From Acidobacteriota bacterium (GTDB taxonomy: Bacteria; Actinomycetota; AC-67), in contig JACQXY010000049.1 of the NCBI GenBank assembly GCA_016208485.1, positions 2,800-66,799 on the forward strand: a stretch of DNA of 64,000 nt, given 5' to 3'. Below, piece by piece: positions 43,535 through 52,672 of this stretch. The notes beneath the pieces were generated by a model. That model searched no databases and was not told the DNA's origin. It saw only the letters and a list, made by a program, of their open reading frames with translations. Made by a program: the position numbers and the translations under genes. The number at the start of each line of letters is the position of its first letter. Position 1 is the stretch's first letter.

Positions 43535-46500
43535 ATGTCTCCCGTCCAGGGGATTGCCGGGCAGCTGGTTGAGGGTGCCCCAACCGACGCGACCGGGACT
43601 CCCCACGCCCGCAAGCTGTTCCAGGCATCCGACGGGCGCCTCCTCTTCTTCAGCCTCGAGCCCATCACCGGTGCGGACAAGGTCGTATACAGGATCTCCT
43701 CCGATCAAGGAGCGACCTGGGGCACCCCGGTCGTGGTCGGAAGCGCCAACCGGACCGGTGGGCTCGATGTCGCCCAGTCCGGCGACTCCTTCCTCCTTGC
43801 CTACACGACCGGAGCGTCGAGTTCCCGGCAGGGGGCTTTCCGCGAGCTGACTGCCCAGACCGGGGTGTGGCAGGCGGGGGCGGAGCATGCCGTCGTCACC
43901 GGCACGGGGTCGGTGGCAAACCCAAGCGTCGTCGACCGAGGGGCGGGAGCACTCGGCAGGCGCCTCGCAGTGGCATTCACCCGCTCGGATGCGCTGCTCG
44001 GGACGGAGTTCCTGGCAAGCGTCTCTGAGGACGGCGGCGCGACCTGGATCGGGCCCTCCTCCTGCGGAGCCGTCTCGTGGGCCGATACCCTCGCCGCGCA
44101 AGGCGAGCGAACCATCTGCGTCACCGCTCCGACGGGCGCGCTCGAGTGGCGGGAGTGGACGGGGGTGACCTGGGGGCCGTCGCAGTCCCTCGCGCCGATC
44201 TCCGGCGGCCAGGACGCCCCGAGCACCGTCGCGACCGATGATGGGACGCTTCACCTGGTGGCCGCGGGAGCAGACACCGACGGCGACCCCGGGATCTACC
44301 ACACGGCGCTTGCGCCGGGGGCCCAGGCGTGGGACGCGCCCTGGCAGATCGGCTCGGGCGCGGCACCCGTCGTCACGACCGACGGGGCGCGCCTTCGCGT
44401 CTACGCGGCCGACCGGCTGTCCGCAGCCGAGAGTCTGATCCGCTCCTACGACTCGACCGACACCGACTTGTGGGCGGCCCGGGAGGCGATGTCGGGCGGC
44501 CCCTTCGGCTACGTCCTCGACTACAACGCCTCCTGGGCATTCGAGGAGCGCCCCGGGGACGCACTCTTCGGCCTCGCCGACGCCGCGGGCGCGACCGGGA
44601 ACCGCATCGGAACGTCCTCGGTCCTGCACCGTCTGGACGCCGCGGAGAAGAAGCTCTCCTTCAGCTTCGAGCCCGAGGCGGGCGGGGCGGTGAGCACGAT
44701 CGATCTCTGGGTGAGCACGCACAATCCCCCGACCTACCGGATCGGGCTTCAGACCGACGCCGGGGGAGTACCGAGCGGCACGTGGCTCGACGAGGTCCGG
44801 GTCGGCGGCATCCTGATCTCGGGCGCCTACTCCGAGGTCTCTCTCCCGGCATCGAGGTCGTCGGCATCCTCCGGCGCGGTGCTCGCAACCGTCACGATCC
44901 CGAGCACCCCGGTGGAGGCGCACCGCCGCTACCACGTGGTGGCAGAGCCGGTTCCGAGCCCCCTCGGCACGAGCGCCGGACCCGAGAACTGGGCGAGCTT
45001 CCAGGGGGTCGGCGCCGATGCGGGGGCGGGCGAGGGCCTGCTCGTGCTCGACCGCGTGCAGGCGGGCTCGACGTGGAACTGGCACGTGTCGGCGGGAGAG
45101 GTGCCCCGCGTCGTGGTCGGGTCGGCGACGGCGACGCTGGTGGACCAAGAGCTTGCCCCCGGCCCGACGGAGGCCGCGACCGAGTACTCGGTGCCGGGCG
45201 AGTCCTTCGTCTCTCCCCGCGATATCTCGCCGACCGAGGTCCGGGTCTTCCTGGTCAAGAACGGAGTTCCGCCCGGCCCCGTGACGGTCCGGATCCTGGA
45301 CGGCGCCGGGACCCAGATGTGGTCGGCGCAGGTGACACCTGCCTCCGGCGGGTGGGTCTCGGTGCCCGCCTCGGGCCTGAGCCTCTCCGCGGGGGGCCGC
45401 TACTCTCTCATTCTTGACGTCCCAACGCGGGACGTCGTGAACTACTGGGCGCTCGCAAGCTCAGACGGCGAGTCCTCTTCCTGGGGAGGGGCTGGGTCGT
45501 TCTTCCTTGGGGCTCCCGACCGCCCGGGGTTCAACGAGCGCACGGCCGAGGCCCAGCAGTCCCGTGACTGGACCGTCGACCTCGTCGCCTTCAACTCCGG
45601 CGCGGGCGACGCCCTCTACCTCGGCGCGGCGATGCCGTTTGACTTCGCGACGCTCCTCCGGGCATGGGCGGACCCCGGGACCACGGTTGCAACCGCGTGG
45701 TCGTACTGGAACGGGAGCGCGTGGGCGGCGCTCCCCGGGACGAGGAACGACTTCGGGGGGCCAACGGGGGAGGCGGAGCTTTCCCCGCCGTCCGACTGGG
45801 CGCCCACGAGCGTGGACGGCCGGGCCGCCTACTGGGCGAAGGTGAGCGCCCCCGGCGCTCCGGCGCCGATCGACATCGACCGAGCGACGACGATCCGCGA
45901 TCTCGGGTCCCCGACGGTCGCCCCCCGGGCGCAGGGCGCGATCCCGGTCGCCTACCGGAACTCCGCCGGCGCGGGGGTCGTGGAGTTCTTGATGGACCCC
46001 GGACCAGGCCCACTTGCGGGCCCCGATGTCACAAGCTACCTCTCCCCGGCCGCCTGGTGTCTTTGGGCACCGCACTTCGACGGACAGAACACCGCGAAGT
46101 ACATTGTCGGAGGCGACGCCGGCCGGTACATAAAGGCGTCGGTGGGCTGCCCGAACACATACGATCCTACTCAACTGGCCGTTTCGCTTCAGCAGGGCGA
46201 GCGGCGATACATCTACGGGCGGCTCGCGGCCAGTCAGAACACGGGGCTCCGATACATGCAGCTGGTGCAGGCGCAGTGCGCGAGCGAGTACGGCGTATCG
46301 ACCACGGAGAACAACCTCGAGAGGGACGCCGCGGCGACCAAGGTAACTCCGGTTCGATACCTCTTCACCGCAGGCGACGCGGGCACCTACACCTGCCGTC
46401 TGAAGGCCAGAGCGCACGACCTTCTGACCACCGACGACGAAAGTCATCTGCGGATTCTTCCCTCGGACACCTACCTCAAGATCATTGGGGAGGACAAGGT

Positions 46501-47047
46501 TGGAGCCGAGCAGTGGCGGGAAGGCGACGAACCGTCCCTGGTCGACCCGATCGTTGATCCAACAATCATCGCCGCCCAAGGCCAGCCGCTCATCTGGCCG
46601 GGCGATACCCGTACCGTGCTCAGCTACACATGGACCGCACTCTCGGTCGCGAGCGGTGTACAGATCATGGGGGATGTGGAGCCTACGACCTGCTGGGGCT
46701 ACTGCGATGCCGACGGGGACGGCGTCGCGGAGAACTCGGAGAACGGTGACTATTTCAATTCGAAGGTCGCCACAACCCTCACGGTCAGGCCCGAGAGCAT
46801 TCTCGATCCGACGCTCTCCTGCTCCGCCGCGACATACGCTATGCCCCCCGAGACCATCACAACGGCCGAACATCACGTCAAGCTCTTCCATACGCTCGAC
46901 TTGGCCGAAGTTCTCCAGGCGCCGACCGCTGCCTACTGCACTCGGGTCTTCGACATCGAGGTCCAGATCTACGTCAAGTCCGGCAACCCGGTCCTCTTCC
47001 ATGCGGGCGGGCCCTCGGTGGGGATCGCGATGAACCGTTTTCCGTAG
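43535..47047 (+). CDS. Giant BNR/Asp-box-repeat protein (1170 aa; sialidase/sortilin-like beta-propeller plus a long Ser/Thr/Gly-rich region). As annotated it lacks a signal peptide
   Basis: Asp-box repeats SSDQGATWG and SEDGGATWIG. In the same frame upstream of the Met at 43535, back to a stop at 43424, the translation is ...NRRRRAGFVGAWTLLLVVVM- (signal-peptide-like). That frame contains no start codon. The ATG at 43440 would be in frame only if the (GA) tract were 7 or 10 units. Confidence 0.7.
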   Translation: MSPVQGIAGQLVEGAPTDATGTPHARKLFQASDGRLLFFSLEPITGADKVVYRISSDQGATWGTPVVVGSANRTGGLDVAQSGDSFLLAYTTGASSSRQGAFRELTAQTGVWQAGAEHAVVTGTGSVANPSVVDRGAGALGRRLAVAFTRSDALLGTEFLASVSEDGGATWIGPSSCGAVSWADTLAAQGERTICVTAPTGALEWREWTGVTWGPSQSLAPISGGQDAPSTVATDDGTLHLVAAGADTDGDPGIYHTALAPGAQAWDAPWQIGSGAAPVVTTDGARLRVYAADRLSAAESLIRSYDSTDTDLWAAREAMSGGPFGYVLDYNASWAFEERPGDALFGLADAAGATGNRIGTSSVLHRLDAAEKKLSFSFEPEAGGAVSTIDLWVSTHNPPTYRIGLQTDAGGVPSGTWLDEVRVGGILISGAYSEVSLPASRSSASSGAVLATVTIPSTPVEAHRRYHVVAEPVPSPLGTSAGPENWASFQGVGADAGAGEGLLVLDRVQAGSTWNWHVSAGEVPRVVVGSATATLVDQELAPGPTEAATEYSVPGESFVSPRDISPTEVRVFLVKNGVPPGPVTVRILDGAGTQMWSAQVTPASGGWVSVPASGLSLSAGGRYSLILDVPTRDVVNYWALASSDGESSSWGGAGSFFLGAPDRPGFNERTAEAQQSRDWTVDLVAFNSGAGDALYLGAAMPFDFATLLRAWADPGTTVATAWSYWNGSAWAALPGTRNDFGGPTGEAELSPPSDWAPTSVDGRAAYWAKVSAPGAPAPIDIDRATTIRDLGSPTVAPRAQGAIPVAYRNSAGAGVVEFLMDPGPGPLAGPDVTSYLSPAAWCLWAPHFDGQNTAKYIVGGDAGRYIKASVGCPNTYDPTQLAVSLQQGERRYIYGRLAASQNTGLRYMQLVQAQCASEYGVSTTENNLERDAAATKVTPVRYLFTAGDAGTYTCRLKARAHDLLTTDDESHLRILPSDTYLKIIGEDKVGAEQWREGDEPSLVDPIVDPTIIAAQGQPLIWPGDTRTVLSYTWTALSVASGVQIMGDVEPTTCWGYCDADGDGVAENSENGDYFNSKVATTLTVRPESILDPTLSCSAATYAMPPETITTAEHHVKLFHTLDLAEVLQAPTAAYCTRVFDIEVQIYVKSGNPVLFHAGGPSVGIAMNRFP

Positions 47048-47066
47048 GGGTCAGCGGAGCGGAAGG

Positions 47067-48680
47067 GTGGCGATGGTGAGGCGATGCGCGGGAAGGCACG
47101 TGGAGCCGATCCGCCAAGGGCGACCGGCTTCGGTGCTCCTGCCGGTTGCGGCTTGCGCGTGGGTGCTTCTGTTGTCGGCGTGCACGGTCCCCGGGACCCG
47201 TGCCGGGTCATCGCATCCTGAGGGTTCTCGCCATGTGCGCACATCTCTGGAGTCCGCGACCCGCGCGCCCGAGAGCTTGGGGGATCGACCGAGGAGGTCT
47301 CCAAAGACCAGAGTGGTCATCCCACGGGTGGGGGCGCGCCCAACGTCTTCTCGGCCAACGCCCTCCCCCACAGGCACGCCCACGGGGGAGGAAGGGGACA
47401 GCTGGTCCCCGTCGGTCTCGGCCGACGGGCGCTTGATCGTTTTCCAATCCGCGGAATGCTGTCTGGTGGCCGGCGATTCCAACCGAGAGACCGATGTCTT
47501 CGCGCGCGACCGCGCGACCGATACAACCACCCTGGTCTCCAACTCCTCCTCGGGTTCTCAGGGGAACAAGGCGAGCGGACAGCCGGCTGTCTCGGCCACC
47601 GGCCGCTTCGTGGCCTTCGCCTCCAGCGCGTCCAACCTTGTGTCGGGCGACACCAACAGGGTAACCGACATCTTCATCCGCGACGTCCAGGCCGACCGTA
47701 CGAGCCGGGTCTCGGTGTCCTCCTCGGGACGCCAGGATGATTCCTACAGCGGTCTGCCGGCGATCTCCGCCGACGGACGGTACGTGGCCTTCGTCTCCCG
47801 AGCGTCGAACCTTGTCCCAGACGACACCGAAACATGCAACGTAGGGGGCCAGGCTGCGAACTGCTGGGACATCTTCGTCCACGACCGAGAAACCGCCGAG
47901 ACGACCCGGGTTTCAGTTTCCTCCAAGGGCAAGGCGGGCGGGTGCTCGAGCGACCTCCCCTCGATCTCAGCCGACGGCCGATTCGTTGCCTTCCAGTCGG
48001 AGTGCGGGCTCGCCCCTGAGGACACCAACCGGGCGTGGGACGTCTTCGTCCACGACCGCGACACCGCCAAGACCACACGGGTCTCGGTGGCCTCAGATGG
48101 CACGCAAGGCAACGGCATCAGCGGCGAGCCCACGATCTCGGCCGACGGGCGCTTTGTGGCCTTCGCCTCGCTCGCATCCAACCTGGTACCCGACGACACC
48201 AACCGCTGCGCCGACCCCGATGGAGGTCCCGACCGAAGCTGCAACGACGTTTTCGTCCACGATAGGGAAACCGGCGAGACATCACGGGTGTCGGTGTCCT
48301 CCTCTGGCCGTCAGGCCGACGACCGGAGCCTGATGCCGTCTATCTCCTCGGACGGCCGCCTTGTCGCCTTCGAGTCGGGGGCGGGGAACCTGGCGGAGGG
48401 CGACCGCAACGACTACTGCGACGGTGAGGACCCGAAGCCCGCGACCTGTTGGGACATCTTCGTCCACGACCGCAAGACCGGCGAGACCACCCGGGTCTCG
48501 GTCTCCTCTTCGGGGCAGGAAGCGAACTTCTCCAGCCAGGATGCCTCGATCTCCGCCGGCGGCCGCTACGTCGCGTTCGAGTCCCAGGCGACGAACCTCG
48601 CGGATGGAGATGACGCCCAACACATCAGGGACGTGTTCGTCCACGACCGCCAGACCGGGGAGACCACGCTCGTCTCCTGA
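47067..48680 (+). CDS. Lipoprotein with PD40/TolB-type beta-propeller repeats
   Basis: Lipobox LLLSAC. Six or more repeats of the form S[IV]SADGR[FY]VAF.S.ASNLV.DDTN...D[VI]FVHDR.TGET.RVSVSS. Confidence 0.75.
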   Translation: MAMVRRCAGRHVEPIRQGRPASVLLPVAACAWVLLLSACTVPGTRAGSSHPEGSRHVRTSLESATRAPESLGDRPRRSPKTRVVIPRVGARPTSSRPTPSPTGTPTGEEGDSWSPSVSADGRLIVFQSAECCLVAGDSNRETDVFARDRATDTTTLVSNSSSGSQGNKASGQPAVSATGRFVAFASSASNLVSGDTNRVTDIFIRDVQADRTSRVSVSSSGRQDDSYSGLPAISADGRYVAFVSRASNLVPDDTETCNVGGQAANCWDIFVHDRETAETTRVSVSSKGKAGGCSSDLPSISADGRFVAFQSECGLAPEDTNRAWDVFVHDRDTAKTTRVSVASDGTQGNGISGEPTISADGRFVAFASLASNLVPDDTNRCADPDGGPDRSCNDVFVHDRETGETSRVSVSSSGRQADDRSLMPSISSDGRLVAFESGAGNLAEGDRNDYCDGEDPKPATCWDIFVHDRKTGETTRVSVSSSGQEANFSSQDASISAGGRYVAFESQATNLADGDDAQHIRDVFVHDRQTGETTLVS

Positions 48681-48699
48681 GCGGCGGGGCCGCGGCGGC

Positions 48700-49197
48700 T
48701 CAGACCGGCGGCCACGGATACGGGCGGCCGGGGCCGGGTTCGGGGTAGGCTCCGCGCGCGACGAGATCGCGCGCCCGCCGAGCGAACTCCCACACAACGG
48801 TGCGCAGGTTCGGTCGCTCGTGGAACGCAACCCCGTGGTCGACGAGCCGGATCCCGCCGGTCCCGCCCTCGAGCAGGCAGTGCCCCGACTTGCGGTCTCC
48901 GAGCGCCTCGCTCACCTCGAAGGCGGCCTGCTCGCGCAGGCAGAGCGTCCCGTCCGGGAAATCCCACAGCGGCGTCTCGCCGTCGCGCGGCTTGTAGACC
49001 GCGAGCAGCGGGCGGCCCGAGTCGTCGAGGACCTGGCACAGGAACGTCGGGTTCGACGCGCGCGGCATGCGGCCGAGCAGGCGGACCCGTCCGGCATGGA
49101 GGAGCGGCAGAGCTTCGGCGGCGCTCAGCGCCCGATGCCGCGGTGGCCGTTCATGGCGGGGCACGCGTGCCCCCCCGGATCCATCGGGAACCCGCAC
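48700..49197 (-). CDS. SCO1664-family protein, apparently shortened by an in-frame internal deletion
   Basis: LLGRMPRASNPTFLCQV..., ...LLAVYKPRDGETPLWDFPDGTLCLREQAAFEVSEALG and DRKSGHCL match the family N- and C-terminal motifs. The protein is about 165 aa versus about 250 expected. The start overlaps the upstream gene and is uncertain. Confidence 0.45.
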   Translation of the reverse strand: MRVPDGSGGARVPRHERPPRHRALSAAEALPLLHAGRVRLLGRMPRASNPTFLCQVLDDSGRPLLAVYKPRDGETPLWDFPDGTLCLREQAAFEVSEALGDRKSGHCLLEGGTGGIRLVDHGVAFHERPNLRTVVWEFARRARDLVARGAYPEPGPGRPYPWPPV

Positions 49198-49643
49198 ACC
49201 GGGCAGCGCGGCCGGCCGGAAGCCGCCACGGCGAGCGCGCGCTCGGCGAAGGCTCGTGCCTGGGCTCGGGTCACCTCCAGGCGCGCCGTCGCGGGGCTCT
49301 CGACGCTCTCGTCCGGCAGGGCCTCCTCGATCACGATCCCGATGCGGTCGCTCTCCTCGTCGTGCGAGAGGGTCACCGAGCCGGCGCGCCAGTCCGCCAC
49401 GGCCGGCTCCTCCAGATCGAGCTCGCTTTCCGGCGGCTCCGGCGACTCGTCGGCGCGCGCCGGCAGGGACTCCACGAGCTGGCGCACGACCGTGCCGAAC
49501 GCATGCACCTGCTCCTTCTCGGCAAGCAGGGTGACCAGGCGCTCGCCGGCGCGCGCCTGGACGTAAACGACGCGCTGCCCGGGCTCGCCGGCGGCGCCAG
49601 CCGTGATCCGGTCCACGGGCCCCAGATCGAACGAGGCGCTCAC
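49125..49643 (-). CDS. DUF3090-family protein (zinc-ribbon C-terminus)
   Basis: The GTG at 49643 follows GAGGAAG and overlaps the upstream stop. The N-terminus is VSASFDLGPVDRITAGAAGEPGQRVVYVQA.... The C-terminus is ...CPVCGFPMDPGGHACPAMNGH (CxxC...CP). Confidence 0.7.
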   Translation of the reverse strand: MSASFDLGPVDRITAGAAGEPGQRVVYVQARAGERLVTLLAEKEQVHAFGTVVRQLVESLPARADESPEPPESELDLEEPAVADWRAGSVTLSHDEESDRIGIVIEEALPDESVESPATARLEVTRAQARAFAERALAVAASGRPRCPVCGFPMDPGGHACPAMNGHRGIGR

Positions 49644-50257
49644 AGCCACTTCCTCGCGAGCCCGCAGAGATCGCCGGTGTCGTTCAGCGCCACCACGCGC
49701 GGCACGCCCTCGCCCAGTTGCAGCACGCTGACCGACGCCGGCGCCACCGCGAGCCGCTGGTACAGATCCAAGTGGATGCCGGCGTGGTGCGCGATCAGGA
49801 GCCGGATCAGATCGGCGTGCGTGACCGCGATCACGACGCCGCGCGGGTGTGCGCGCGCGATCTCCTCGACGGCCTCGATCCCGCGGGCCTGGGCCTCCCG
49901 GATCGCCTCCCCCCCGGGGAAGCGCATGGCGCTCGGCCGGTGCTTCACCGTCCGCCAGGCCTTCGTGCGCGCGAGCACCTCGAGGCGCCGCCCCTCCCAT
50001 TCGCCGTAGCGGACCTCGCCGAGGCCGTCACGCGCGCGCACGCGGAGCCGGTGCGCCGCCGCGATCGGGCGCGCGGTCTCGCGGCATCGCTGGATCGGGC
50101 TCGAGTAGATAGCCTCCGCGCGCAGAGGCCGGAGGCGGCCGGCGAGCGCGGCGGCCTGCTCGCGCCCCTCGCCGGAGAGCGGGATCCCCGGAGTCCAGCC
50201 GGAGAGGCGCTCACCGGTCCACTCGGTGAGGGCGTGGCGAACGAGCAAGAGAAGCAT
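49640..50257 (-). CDS. Histidine phosphatase-family protein (phosphoglycerate-mutase-like)
   Basis: MLLLLVRHALTEW (RHG-type motif with catalytic His). ...IAVTHADLIRLL... (second His). 205 aa. Confidence 0.8.
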   Translation of the reverse strand: MLLLLVRHALTEWTGERLSGWTPGIPLSGEGREQAAALAGRLRPLRAEAIYSSPIQRCRETARPIAAAHRLRVRARDGLGEVRYGEWEGRRLEVLARTKAWRTVKHRPSAMRFPGGEAIREAQARGIEAVEEIARAHPRGVVIAVTHADLIRLLIAHHAGIHLDLYQRLAVAPASVSVLQLGEGVPRVVALNDTGDLCGLARKWL

Positions 50258-50286
50258 CGTGGCTCTCAGAATACCCGGCGGGCGGC

Positions 50287-51582
50287 CTATCCGACCGGCC
50301 GCCAGGCGACCCCGGCGCGCCGGAGATCCTCCCAGAACGCCGGATAGGTCTTTGCGACGCAGGCGGGATCTTCGATCAGGACGCCGGGCACGCGCGCTCC
50401 GAGCGCCGCGAACGCCATCGCGATCCGGTGGTCGTCGCGGGTGGCGACCCGCGCGCCGCGCAACGCCCCCCCGCCGACGATCTCCAAGCCGTCCGGCCGC
50501 TCCTCCACGTCGGCGCCCGTCGCGCGGAGCCCCGCGGCGATCGCGCCGATCCGGTCGCTCTCGTGCAGGCGCGCGACCGCGACCCCGCGAATCGCGGAGC
50601 GCCCCGGAGCGAGCGCCGCCGCCACCGCAACCGTGCCGAGCTGGTCGGGCATCGCCGACAGGTCCACCTTGATCGGCCGGAGGAAGGCGGGCCCGTCCAC
50701 CGTGAGAGCGTCCCCCTCGCGCGAGAGGCCGCCGCCCATCCGGGCGAACAGATCGGGGACGCCGGCGTCGGGTTGCAGGGTGACCGGCGATGCGTTGGAG
50801 ACCGTCACGGATCCCCCCGTCGTCATCGCGAGCGCGAACAGGTGCGCCGCGGCGCTCGCGTCGTACTCGACCGCGAAGTCGCGCGCGCGGTAGCGACTTC
50901 CGGTCGCGACGCGCCAGGCGGAGTTCCCGAGCCGATCGACGGTCGCGCCCCACTCCTCCATGAGTCGCACGGTCATCTCGACGTAGTCGGCCGCGCCGAG
51001 GTTCTCGACCCGCACGATGACATCGCGGCGGGCGAAGGGCGCGACCAGCAGGAGGGCCGTCACGAACTGACTCGACGAGGCGGCGTCGATCGTCGCCTCC
51101 CCGCCGCCCAGGCCGCCCCCGGCGGCGACCACAGGTGGAAGGTCACCGTCGCACACCACCTCGGCGCCGAGCGCGCCCAGGGCCCGGACGAGCGGACCGA
51201 CGGGGCGGCGCATCAGAGGCGCGCGCCCCGCGACCCGAACCTCTCCCCGGGCAAGGGTCGCGAGCGCCGCCACGAAGCGCATCGTCGTGCCGGAGAGCCC
51301 CGCGTCGATCGGCCCGGCCGGCGCGCGCAGCCGCCCCCCGGTCCCCCGCACGCGCCAGGCGCCCGGCTCGGTCTCGATCTCGGCGCCGAGCGCGCGCAGG
51401 GCTCCGGCCATACGCTCGGTATCGTCGCTCGCAAGGGGCGCGCGCAGGAGGCTCTCTCCCTCGGCGAGGGCGGCAAGGACGAGCGCGCGGTTGGTCACGC
51501 TCTTGCTCGGGGGCGCGGCGAGGCGCGCGCGAACCGGCCCCGCGGGAACGACCTCTATCGCTGCCGGCGAACCGCCGCTCAT
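50287..51582 (-). CDS. aroA: 3-phosphoshikimate 1-carboxyvinyltransferase (EPSP synthase)
   Basis: ...PPSKSVTNRALVLAALAEGES..., ...LSGTTMRFVAA..., ...RDDHRIAMAFAALGARVPGVLIEDPACVAKTYPAFWEDL are canonical AroA motifs. Start at the internal Met (MSGGSPAAIEVVP). Confidence 0.9.
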   Translation of the reverse strand: MSGGSPAAIEVVPAGPVRARLAAPPSKSVTNRALVLAALAEGESLLRAPLASDDTERMAGALRALGAEIETEPGAWRVRGTGGRLRAPAGPIDAGLSGTTMRFVAALATLARGEVRVAGRAPLMRRPVGPLVRALGALGAEVVCDGDLPPVVAAGGGLGGGEATIDAASSSQFVTALLLVAPFARRDVIVRVENLGAADYVEMTVRLMEEWGATVDRLGNSAWRVATGSRYRARDFAVEYDASAAAHLFALAMTTGGSVTVSNASPVTLQPDAGVPDLFARMGGGLSREGDALTVDGPAFLRPIKVDLSAMPDQLGTVAVAAALAPGRSAIRGVAVARLHESDRIGAIAAGLRATGADVEERPDGLEIVGGGALRGARVATRDDHRIAMAFAALGARVPGVLIEDPACVAKTYPAFWEDLRRAGVAWRPVG

Positions 51583-51751
51583 GGGCGAAAAGGAGACCCG
51601 GCCGGGCGCGTCATTGGGAACAGGGTAGCGCGCCCCGCGCGACCTACCGCGGCGCCACGCGCTCGAGCAGCGCGCGCGAGGGCGGCGAGCCGGCATTCGG
51701 GGTGCCGCATCATGCAGGAATCCGGGCGCGGGCGTCGAATGTCTCCTGGAG

Positions 51752-52627
51752 ATGAGCCCGGCCACGCGTTTCGCCGCGGCGCTGCTCGCGCCGGCTCTGC
51801 TCGCGCCGGGTGGCGCCGGAGTCGCGCTCGCCGCGCGGGCGCCGGTGGTCTACGCCCACCGGGGCGGCGCCGGGCTCGCACCCGAGAACACCCTCGGCGC
51901 CTTCCGGCAGGCGCACGCCACGTTCGGAACCCGTGGGGTGTGGCTGGAGATGGACACCCAACTCGACGCCGACGGCGACCTGGTGATCATCCACGACGCG
52001 ACGGTGGACCGGACCACCGACTGCCACGGCAGGGTGATGGACCTCACGACGACCCAGATTCAGGTGTGCGACGCGGCCGCTCACTGGCCGAGTTGGAACT
52101 TCGAGCCGGTCCCGACCGCGCGCCAGGTGCTCGAGGAGGGCCTGACCTCCGGCTGGAGGATCATGATCGAGCTGAAGAACATCCCCGGCGAGCCGAACTT
52201 CGATGCCACCGGCACGCAGGAGGCTTCTGCGCTCGTGGCCCTCATCGAAAAGACCGGATTCCCGGCCGAGCGCCTGATCGTCCAGTCGTTCTTCCCGACC
52301 TCGCTCGACTACATCGAGCTGTTCGCCCCCGCGGTCCCCACCGCGCTGCTCACCACGTCTCGGCTCCCCGGCGCGCCGCCCGGCGGAGGATTCCCCGCTC
52401 TCTCGAACGGGGCCTACGCCGTCGCGCGCGGCTACGAGGTCTCCGCACCGGATTCGGGGAGCATCGACCTCTCGGCGGAGACCGTCGCCGCGATCCGCGC
52501 GCTCGGCCGCGTGGTCGTCCCATGGACGATCGACACTCCCGGCGCGATCGCCGAGGCGATCTCCTGGGGTGTGGACGGGATCATCTCGAACCGTCCCGAT
52601 CTGGTCTACACGGCGCTCGGGCAGTAG
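51752..52627 (+). CDS. Secreted glycerophosphodiester phosphodiesterase
   Basis: Signal peptide. VVYAHRGGAGLAPENTLGAFRQA (GDPD HR-x-E-N-T motif). ...LEMDTQLDADGDLVIIHD... Confidence 0.85.
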   Translation: MSPATRFAAALLAPALLAPGGAGVALAARAPVVYAHRGGAGLAPENTLGAFRQAHATFGTRGVWLEMDTQLDADGDLVIIHDATVDRTTDCHGRVMDLTTTQIQVCDAAAHWPSWNFEPVPTARQVLEEGLTSGWRIMIELKNIPGEPNFDATGTQEASALVALIEKTGFPAERLIVQSFFPTSLDYIELFAPAVPTALLTTSRLPGAPPGGGFPALSNGAYAVARGYEVSAPDSGSIDLSAETVAAIRALGRVVVPWTIDTPGAIAEAISWGVDGIISNRPDLVYTALGQ

Positions 52628-52672
52628 CCCCGGGCGGCAGCGGAGTCATCGCTCGGGCACAATCATGGCCTG

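Noticed and set aside
41775-47002. Long minus ORFs antisense to fumC and the giant BNR-repeat gene (41775-43247, 43328-45148, 45461-47002)
   Set aside because: Antisense artefacts. The plus frames carry fumarase and BNR motifs and high GC3.
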